DNA of 64,000 bases from Calditrichia bacterium (GTDB lineage: Bacteria; Calditrichota; Calditrichia; JAJRVZ01). Location: contig CAWCNS010000004.1 in assembly GCA_963796965.1 (NCBI GenBank), positions 864,001 through 928,000 on the forward strand. The letters are read 5' to 3'. Shown here one piece after another: positions 12,222 to 22,100 of this stretch. The position numbers and the translations under genes are program-made. Under the pieces are notes generated by a model. It was not told where the DNA came from, did no database searches, and saw nothing but the letters and a program-made list of their open reading frames with translations. How positions within the stretch are numbered: the first letter of the stretch is position 1; each line of letters begins with the position of its first letter.

Positions 12222-13368
12222 ATGCGTTTTCTTATTCTGGTCCTGTTATACCTGATTCCTCATTTTTCATCCGGAAATTCAAATCATCAGGAACGCAGTG
12301 CATTGTGGGTTGTGAGATATGCTCTTACCAGTAAATCTGAAATTGATAAAGTTATAGCAACTGCGAATGACCTTCAATATTAGTGATATTTTTCTCCAGG
12401 TTAGGGCCCTCGGCGAATCTTATTACCTGAGTGACATCGAGCCATTATCATCACGGTTACCCAAGAATTTTGATCCTTTAAAATATATCATTAGAACGTT
12501 TCGGATTAATGGTATCCGGATACATGCCTGGGTAAATATGTTTTATATCTGGTCTGGTAATACATTTCCTGAAAATCCTGACATCATATTATTAATAAAT
12601 ACTCAGACTATATATTTAAGAAGTGAAAAATTTCCAGATTACAAAAATCTCAAAGGCAATGGGATATGAAGGATTTTTTCTTGATCCAAAAGTACCTGCA
12701 GTCCAAAAAGATTTATTAAATATATTAAAGGAAATAGCAGAAAGTACGATATAGCTGGTATTCATCTTGATTATTATCGGTATCCAGGATTGGCATATTC
12801 TTTTACACCCGCAAGCCGAACAGTTTATATGAAAGAAACGTTTTATGATCCCTGATACGGTATATAAATCAGCAAAAAAATATTCTGATGAAAGGGGATT
12901 TAAGGTATTTCTTCATGCAGATAAGGAATACAGAAAATCATTGACGGAAGCACTTAGCCTAATATCTTAAAGATATTTCGATTTCTATTAAAAAAAATAA
13001 AACCAAATATTCAAATTTCGGTTGCAGTTAAAGCCTGATCCTGTTCAGGCGAAACACAGATTTTTTCAGGATTGGACCAATTGGTTACAGAATGATTATT
13101 GTGATTTTGTCGTCATAATGAATTATCGCACAGATTGGAATGAGTTTGATCTTATTCTCAAACAAATTAAGGCAAAAAATATGGAAAGAGATGTGATGGT
13201 TGGTATTTCCACATACAATCAGGGTCCTGGGCAGGTTCTACGACAGACTTCCATGCAACCAGATTGGGTGGTTTTGCCGGGTATTCCTTGTTTTCATATA
13301 ATTATTTAATTGAGAATAAGAACTATCTAAGGGAGATAAAAGTAAAATTTAAATCCGGAGGATTTTAA
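12222..13368 (+). CDS. GHL10/UPF0748 (YddW/DigH-like) glycoside hydrolase-like protein, heavily frameshifted
   Basis: Signal-like N-terminus, then ALWVVR, IFLQVR, FDPL, IHAWVN, FLDP..P.VQ, GIHLDYYRYP, QDW..W and MNY across frames. Confidence 0.72.
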
Positions 13369-15030
13369 ATGGACCATGAGATAACAGATCTCCCCGTGGC
13401 TCCTCTATTAACCTGTAAAGGATGGCATCAGGAAGCGGCCCTGAGAATGCTAATGAATAATCTTGATCCCGAAGTCGCCGAGAAACCTCAGAGAATTGAT
13501 TGTTTATGGTGGACAGGAAAGGCAGCAAGAAATTGGGAGTGCATATAATGCCATCATAAAGGCATTGAAGAAGTAGAAAATGATGAAACTTTATTGGTGC
13601 AATCCGGGAAGCCAGTGGGTATTGCAAAAACACATCACTATGCACCACGAGTATTAATTGCAAATTCCAATCTTGTTCCAGCCTGGGCAACATGGGAGAA
13701 ATTTCGGGAATTGGAAAAAATTGGTCTGATAATGTATGGACAGATGACCGCCGGGAGTTGGATTTATATTGGCACACAGGGGATTCTACAAGGTACATAT
13801 GAGACTTTTGCTGCGATTGCCCAACAGAATGAAGCCTCAAGATCTTGCTGGAAAATTGGTGCTGACTGCAGGATTAGGTGGAATGGGTGGTGCCCAGCCA
13901 CTCTCAGTTACAATGAATGGTGGTGTTGCCCTTATTGTTGAAGTTGATAAAAAAAGAATAGAAAAAAGAATTGAAACAAAATATTTGGATAAATTTGCCG
14001 ATAATATAGATGATCGCTTTAAAGTTAGGTCGGGAAGCAATAGCAAAAAAACAAGCATTATCTATCGGACTCTTAGGTAATGCGGCTGAAGTATTTCCGG
14101 AATTAGTTAAACGAAATTGTATTCCTGATATCGTGACGGATCAAACATCAGCACATGATGAATTAAACGGATATGTACCCTATCAAGTAGGATATCGAGG
14201 AAGCATTAGAAATGCGTGTTACAAATCGCTGAAAAATATATTGACCTATCTTACGATTCTATGGCCAGGCATTGCCAGGCTATTTTGGAAATGCAGAAAA
14301 GAGGATGCAATTGCATTTGACTATGGTAATAATTTAAGGGCACAGGCTAAAAAAGCTGGTGTCACAAATGCGTTTGATTATCCCGGATTTGTCCCGGCCT
14401 ATATTCGACCACTATTCTGTGAAGGAAAAGGACCATTCCGTTGGGTTGCACTCTCAGGTGAACCGGAAGATATTTATAAAACAGATGAGTTGATCGTAGA
14501 ATTATTTAAAGAAAATAAATCATTAGTCAGATGGATTAATCTGGCACAAAAAAAGGTCGAATTTCAGGGCTTACCTTCACGAATCTGTTGGTTGGGTCTG
14601 GGAGAGAGGGCGAAATTTGGAAAGGCTTTAAATCAACTTGTAAGGGATAAAGTGGTTAAAGCCCCAATTGTGATAGGTAGGGATCATCTGGATACCGGAA
14701 GTGTTGCTTCTCCCTACAGAGAAACAGAGGGAATGAAGGACGGGAGTGATGCTATTAGTGATTGGCCGATATTAAATGGTTTGATCAATGTTGCTTCAGG
14801 GGCATCCTGGGTGTCTTTTCATCATGGTGGTGGAGTAGGAATGGGATATTCCCAGCATGCTGGTCAGGTAGTTGTTGCAGATGGAACCGAGGAAATGGAT
14901 ATAGAGACTTGACCGGGTTTTGACAAATGATCCGCTGATGGGAATATTTAGGCATGTTGATGCCGGATATGAACAAGCGGTAAAATGTGCAAATAAAAAT
15001 GGTGTTAAAATTCCGATGATGCAGGAGTGA
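13369..15030 (+). CDS. hutU: Urocanate hydratase (several frameshifts)
   Basis: [72 protein letters not shown]. Confidence 0.96.
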
Positions 15031-15042
15031 TATAAATTCTAA

Positions 15043-15813
15043 ATGGGTGAAATAATTGCAATTGTGAGTCAAAAAGGTGGTGTCGGTAAAACGACAACAT
15101 CAGTAAATTTGAGTGCAAGTTTGCGATTCTTGATCAGAAAACACTTCTCATCGATATGGATCCACAAGGAAGTGTTGCTGCAAGCTTTCAACTATATGAG
15201 ACTCAAATAGAAAATGGGATGTATCAGGTCTTTACAGAAAATATCCCACTCTCTGATGCAGTGATTGACATTGGTCTTGAAGATTTTCATATTGTCCCTT
15301 CTAATGTATATGGTGAAGAGGAGGAGATCGAATTTTTTAGGCATGGATTGGATTATACGCTACTTAAAAATATGTTAAAACCTTATAAAGATGTTTATGA
15401 TTATATTTTAATTGACTGTCCACCAAGTTTAGGAAGTTTGACAATAAATGCAATTACAGCGGCTGATTCATTACTTGTACCGGTCCAGTGTGAATATTAT
15501 TCTTTAAAGGCGTTAGGCAAATTTGTTCGAACAGTGAAAAAGATAAGTCAGGAACACAATCCTATTACTTGGATTTCAAGGGTTTTTAATTACGATGTTT
15601 GATAAAAGAATAAAAAAAAGTCAAGAAATATCGGAAGAACTCCGATATAGTTTTAAAGATACGGTTCTAGATACCGTAATTCCAAGAAATTCAAAGATTT
15701 CGGATGCTCCGAGTGAAGGAAAGCCAGTGGCACTACTTGATATTGCCTCTTCCGGTGCAATTGGATATTTGCAGTTGGCAGAAGAGATATTGATGTCAAA
15801 TAATAATAATTGA
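15043..15813 (+). CDS. ParA/Soj-family ATPase, no adjacent parB (frameshifted)
   Basis: ATG 15043 [19 protein letters not shown] (deviant Walker A); [26 protein letters not shown]. Confidence 0.92.
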
Positions 15814-15832
15814 TAAACTGAAAGGATATATC

Positions 15833-16873
15833 GTGGAACAAATTTATAAGAGAGTCGAAGATATTGATGAAAAGGTGAAGGATGCCAGATTACCTTATCA
15901 GGAATGGAAGGTATTATTTCTGTTAGGAGAACAATCTGATGTGGCAGAAGTATCTTCATTGATCAGCGATGACTCTTCTTCTGTGAGTGATATATTTGAA
16001 TCTCTTGAGTCAAAGGGGCTGGTTGAAAAAGTTACTGATGACGAGGAACAGGATGAAGCTGCGGCTACAATCGTAGAATCTCCTGCCCCTGCATTAGGAG
16101 ATGAGTTATTAATGGAAGAGGATGAGAAACCTGAAGAACCAATTTTAGGATCCGAATTCGAAGATACTACTGTTGAATCTGATGTTTCACAACCAGAAGA
16201 AATTGAGTCGGTAGAAGAGGTAAGCGAGTCCATAGATGAAGATAAGATTGAAGTTAACACCGATTTCCTCACGGAAGATTTGCTCCCTAAAGATGAACAA
16301 CCAATTCCTGGAAATAAAGAAACGGAAAGTTTGCAGGAAGAGCCCTTCCCCACATTAGAGCCTGATTCATCGGAGACAGAATTTGATTTGAACCTTGATG
16401 AAGAAATTATTGATGTTGCTGAAGAGCCGGCACCAGTGGAGAGCAAAGAGCCTGAATCCCAGGCAGAAATTGAAACTGAACCTGCTCCAGAAGAGGAAAC
16501 TATATCTGATGTTAGTAAGAAGACAATTATGGTTATTGATGATAGCATTGTTATTCGAAAAATGATTGAAATTGCACTCGAGGATGAAGATTTTAATATT
16601 GTAACCGCTATAAGTGGCAAAGAAGGATTAGAAAATATCGAGGCTCTAAAACCGAATCTGGTTATTTTGGACATGATGTTACCAGATATGAATGGGATTG
16701 ATGTGTTAAAGACTATAAAAAGTGAAAAGAATCTCCCTGTTATTATGCTTTCAGGGAAAGACTCACCGCAGTTAATTGAAAATGCCAAAGAAATCGGGGT
16801 TGATGATTTCTTGCCGAAACCATTCCGTGATGAAGAGTTGGTTGAAAAAGTACGAACACTTGTTGGAGCATAA
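15833..16873 (+). CDS. Response regulator: N-terminal HTH-like segment, long acidic linker, C-terminal REC
   Basis: REC motifs VIDDS, ILDMMLPDMNG, IMLSG, FLPKPF; ~160 aa Glu/Asp/Pro-rich linker. Confidence 0.9.
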   Translation: MEQIYKRVEDIDEKVKDARLPYQEWKVLFLLGEQSDVAEVSSLISDDSSSVSDIFESLESKGLVEKVTDDEEQDEAAATIVESPAPALGDELLMEEDEKPEEPILGSEFEDTTVESDVSQPEEIESVEEVSESIDEDKIEVNTDFLTEDLLPKDEQPIPGNKETESLQEEPFPTLEPDSSETEFDLNLDEEIIDVAEEPAPVESKEPESQAEIETEPAPEEETISDVSKKTIMVIDDSIVIRKMIEIALEDEDFNIVTAISGKEGLENIEALKPNLVILDMMLPDMNGIDVLKTIKSEKNLPVIMLSGKDSPQLIENAKEIGVDDFLPKPFRDEELVEKVRTLVGA

Positions 16874-16887
16874 ATATTAGATGTCTG

Positions 16888-17346
16888 ATGCACAGGATAA
16901 AAATACTTGAATATTCGGTATTTAGTATTTCGGAAAGATTATTTGGTTTGGAAATTGCTTCTGTCAAAGAGGTTTTAAACTTTCCAATGATTACCAAATT
17001 GCCGAATACGCAAAGCCATGTATTGGGTATATATAATTTAAGAGGAGAAATTATTTCATTATTTGATATGCAACAACTCCTAGGTTTGGGTTCCAGGCGT
17101 CCCAGTGAAAAGGATATGGTTCTTGTTATTGGAGAAAATAACCGAAGATTCAGTTTCTTGGTCGATAAGGATATGGATTTCGTTGAATTTGAGAGGGCTC
17201 AGATTCAGATACCTGGAAATGGAAGTGAATTTGTAAAAGGCATATTTGTAAATGGTTCATATAATCATGAAACTTTAGGCCAGATTTTACTTCTTGATCG
17301 TAAACTATTATTAGAAGTTGACCGACTTGTAGAGATGAGTGCATAA
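16888..17346 (+). CDS. cheW: CheW-like adaptor
   Basis: FGLEIASVKEV, ITKLPN...VLGIYNLRGEIISLFD. Confidence 0.9.
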   Translation: MHRIKILEYSVFSISERLFGLEIASVKEVLNFPMITKLPNTQSHVLGIYNLRGEIISLFDMQQLLGLGSRRPSEKDMVLVIGENNRRFSFLVDKDMDFVEFERAQIQIPGNGSEFVKGIFVNGSYNHETLGQILLLDRKLLLEVDRLVEMSA

Positions 17347-17361
17347 AAGGAATTTCAGGGA

Positions 17362-19160
17362 ATGCAAGCGACGAGTTCGAGAATATTAAAAAAAATAGCA
17401 ACACTGCTTTTACCTCTTCTTATAATAGGTGTTTTGGCAATTGCGCTCTGGGACTATTTGCATGCATGCGATATGGCTAAAAATGCGGCGGGTGAGAAAA
17501 GCTATGGCGATTGCCGGCTCAGGTGCCGCATTAATTAATGGCGAAAGTTTTGATGAAATACAGAAACTGACCGACTTTAAATCAGAGGCTTATATATCTA
17601 TATCGCATCAACTCCAAGCATTGTGCACCTATAATAGGTTGAGAAATGATGCAGCTAGAACCCTAAGAAGAAAAGGAAATATTACAAATTTTGTCGTTTC
17701 TTCTGCTAACCGCAATATGATAAATCAGGAGTTTAATTTATGGGCTGAGATGAATGCAACTTTCAACACAGGTGAAATTTCATTTAAACCCAGTTATAGC
17801 CGTAATGATCATCTTTTTATAAGCGGTTTTGCACCTATAAAAAATAAATCTTCAAATGTGGTGGGAATACTTCAGATTGATCTGATGGTTGATAACATAT
17901 TTCCTTCGCTGATGGATTATTTTAAAATACCACTCATAATAATAGTATTAATTATAATTCTGCTTTTTGTTTTATATAAATATATTTTTGATCCTTTACA
18001 GGAAAGTATTGACTCTCTTGCTGTGCACTTTGCTACTCTTGCAGAGGGAGAATTATCAATAAAATATGTTGAGCCGGAAAATGGTTATCTTCATGAAATA
18101 TCCACTCTGCTTGACAGACTTCAGGCAGGTTTTAATAAAAAGCTTATGAGTGATGAGGATAAGGAGAAACTACAACGCCAGATTAAAAGAGCTTTTGAGG
18201 ATTGTCAGTGCTGCTGCTGATGGTGACTTTACTGTTAATGCAAAAGTAACAGCAGATACACTTGGAGCTCTTGCAGATTCATTTAATCTGATGGTCTCAG
18301 ATTTAAGTGAATTAGTACGTGACGTTAAAAAGGGCGCCGAACACGTGGCGGATTCGACCCGGGAAATGTTGGAGAAAACAACCGAGATGGCCTTAGGTGC
18401 TGATAACCAGGCAAAGGAGATCGGGAATATTGGTGATCTGGCAAAAGGAATGGCTGAGGTGGCGAAGAATACGGACAAAAGTGCTCAGAGGGCCTCTGAG
18501 GCAGCTATCCATGCCAAGGATGTGGCTGAACGCGGTGGGGCAATTGTGGAACAATCGATAGAGGGGATGCAAAGAATTCGTGAAACAGTAACAGACACTT
18601 CAGATCGTGTAAAAGTTCTTGGAGATAGTTCAACACGAATAAGTGAGATAACCGAATTTATCAGTGACATATCGAATCGCACAAATATCCTTGCCTTGAA
18701 TGCAACAATTGAAGCAGCAAAGGCTGGAGACAGTGGCCGCGGGTTTACAAATATTGCAGATGAAATTCGAAATCTGGCTGAGCGTTCTAGTCGATCTGCA
18801 GGAGAAATTACAAAACTTATTGAGGATATTCAGAATGGCATGTCAGAAACTGTGATGGCTATGACATTAGGTAATAATGAAGTTGCAGAAGGTACGAAAA
18901 AGGTGGATGCTGCCGGTTCAGCTTTGCGTGAAATACAAGGGGCTGTTGAGATTTCGACATCATCAGTTGCTGAAATTACTAAGGCCACGGATAAACAACT
19001 TAAAGCAAGTGAAGATATTGTAAAGGTTATGGATGGAATTGCCAGCATTGCGAAGAGAACCGCCGATGGTGCAAAACAGACCGAAGATGAAATTACACGC
19101 TTAGAGTCGTTATCCAAATCTCTGAATAATGCCGTTTCAAAATTTAAGTTATCCCATTAG
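17362..19160 (+). CDS. Methyl-accepting chemotaxis protein, PilJ-like (frameshifts near 17470 and 18190)
   Basis: TM1 from ATG 17362, periplasmic sensor region, TM2, HAMP-like [24 protein letters not shown], signalling tip [20 protein letters not shown]. Confidence 0.92.
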
Positions 19161-19163
19161 AAA

Positions 19164-22100
19164 TTGAGGGAAATAATGCCAAAGATTGATTCTATTAGTT
19201 TTAGTGACTTTTATATTAATGAGTTCTTTGATCAGGTTCGGGAAAAGACGCGCTCTGAATTCAAAGAAGAGAATTATAAATTGGTCGATGAATTATTTGC
19301 GCTACTAAGTTCACAAGACGAGATTACTGATGGAATAAGTAAATTAGCTGAGGAGCAAGCCTCTAGTGAATTATCGATATTTCTGTTTGACATATACGAT
19401 CGTGCGCAGGATTATCCGCCCAGTGAATTAGTTGACGCTCTACCTGAAATTGCCGATGACTTTGTAAGCGGATTAACAATCATGCTTGAAGAAGAAAAAG
19501 AAATACTTGAGGCAATAGAAAAAGTGGTGAAAAATCTACGCGGCGAGATCGGGGCGGAAGAGGATTTTGAAGATGTTAAGTCTGAACAAGTCGATGTTGG
19601 TCAAAGTGAAATTATTGAAGAAGAACTTCCTGAAGAAACTCAAAGTTTTCAAGAATTTGTGGAAATACGTTTTTTTGAGCAACTACAAACAACCCTGCAA
19701 ATTCAACAAAGTGAAGAAAAAACAAAAAGCAATATTGCGTTCATCAAGCTTATACCAGAACAATTGAACGAATTTTCTGATTTGGGAGACGATGAATCGT
19801 TTGGCGTTCTTGTTAATCAAGTCTCTCAAATACTGCCATGGTATAAAGGGGAGACTTATATACCTTCGGCTATTATTAGTAACCTCCCATCAATGATTGA
19901 TAGTATTGTCACAGCACTTCATAATTTAGATAGTACATTTATTAGTAATGCCATTGGAGAGGGCAAAATTATCTTTGAGAAAACAGAGAATGTGGAACAA
20001 AAGGATCAAGAATTTAGCAAGGAAGAGATTGCCACTGAACCCACTACTATAGATAGCCTTCTATCGGAATACTTTCAGATTGAAGCCAATGATCACGCGA
20101 ATAGGTTTAATAAAGTTCTAAAGAATCTTCAAGAAGACACGGACAACAAAAAAAATCTTCAAGAGTTATTTGATACTTTTCAATCATTTAAAGAAATCAG
20201 CATGATCCACGGATATGTTATTCTGGAGGATTTCTGTTCGGAGATAATTGCTTTAATCAATTTATCAAGAAAAGAGAACAAAGAATATAATCAAGAGGCT
20301 GATGGACAGTTCTCGAGGTTCCTTGGTATTCTTAAAAATACAGATAAACTAAAGGATGCCAGAGCGAAAACAGCTGAAACAGAGGAACTTAACGAAGTAC
20401 TAACCTATTTTCAAAGTAACCTTTTTGTTCCTAAAGGCTCTGTCATGGATGGGAATACCCAGGAAGTCCCAGACACAGAATCTAAAAAGAAAGAAAAATT
20501 AATTGAATCGGGTAATCAGACCGAACTCACAAAAATTCTCAGAAGTCTTCTTAGAGATTTAAAACCCCGGTTTAAAAATTCCTTAGAAGACGGAACTTCC
20601 GATCTAACTGAGTTATTACCATTGGTTGGCAAATTACAATTTGCTACTGAACTCATCGGTAATCAGGACCTATCTGAGTTTTTTGTCAATTATGCTAAGG
20701 GCATTGGATATGCCCAGACAAAAGCAGCAGATGAAAGAGAGTCTATAACTCCAGAATTATTAACTCTTTATAATGCCTTTACACGGAAAGCCAATCCGGA
20801 ATTTAAATACGAATTATATAAGAACCGTATTGAGAAATTATTTGAAATAAATTCAGATCCTGTTCCTGAACCTATACCTGAAACCAAATCTGAACCAGAA
20901 CCAGAATCAGATCCTGAACCACTAACACAGATGAAACCTGTTTCCGATTCTACGTCGGAAGATCTATCAATAAACGATATTGATACATTATTGCATATTC
21001 TTTTGGAAATAGAAGAATTTAATCTGGTGAACTTCTATGCCAATTTAGAAAAATCCTCTTCGGCCAAGGGTAAACCGGATTTTGATTTCCAGATAAATCA
21101 TTTCCAACGTTTGTTAAGTAATCTAAAGCTCGTCAACTGTACGGGACTGACAGGTTTTCCAGAAATGTTTTTAATGGTTTTACGGTCAGAGGAAATAAGT
21201 AATGCTGATGAAATGGATCTGAAATCTATTGAAGACTGCTATCGGGATATATTGAAAATAATATCACAACAAGGTACCACTGCAGATATAGAAGATAGCC
21301 TTTCAATTTTAAAGGCCACAATTTTTGGGGATGAAGAGGATCTTGAGGAATCTCTGGAAGATCTTGAATCTGAACGCGAAGAAGAGATTGCCTCAGATGA
21401 GCAGAGCGGTGGAGAGGCTATAGAGGAAATTGAGGTAGATGAAACGGCAGATTCTGGCGAAGAAGACCTGGATGAGATCTTTAAACAGGAATCTGAAAAA
21501 TATATTGGAATAATTGGCGCAGCCTTACAAAATATAAAAGACAATCCCCAGGATTTAAATTCTTACGAATCGATTGAAAAGAGTCTTCATTCCATGAAAT
21601 CATCGGCCCGACTTATGGGATATAACGATGTCGCTGATCTTTCTGGTCCCCTGGAAAAACTATTTGAAAAATTACATACAGCAGGACAATCCTTAGATAA
21701 TGATCAATTTGCTATTATTAAAAAAGTTGTGGGGGGATTAGAGTCGGGCATTCGTCATGAAGAAATCGATGCCAATCGCTTAATTGAAGAATTAAAGCAA
21801 ATTAATGTAAAAGATACTTTATTAAATGAAGTTTCTTCCACTGAGTCAGATACGAGTGAAGATGAGGTAACTGAAGAACAATTATTTGCTGATTCTGATA
21901 CAGAGGATGAAGATTTGCTTGAGATTTTCAAAGATGAATCAAGTGAGTATATTGCTATTGCCGAGAAGGCCATAAAATCTTTGCGTGAAAACTTGAGCGA
22001 TGCTGAAGCCTTAAGCCAACTCGAACATGCAATGCATTCAATGAAAACCGCAGCAAAAATGCTCGGTTTTAGTGAGATAGGTCAGATTGCAGATTCTGTC

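Noticed and set aside
15898..16893. 331 aa minus-strand ORF
   Set aside because: Ser-rich antisense shadow of the Glu-rich response regulator; no recognisable motifs
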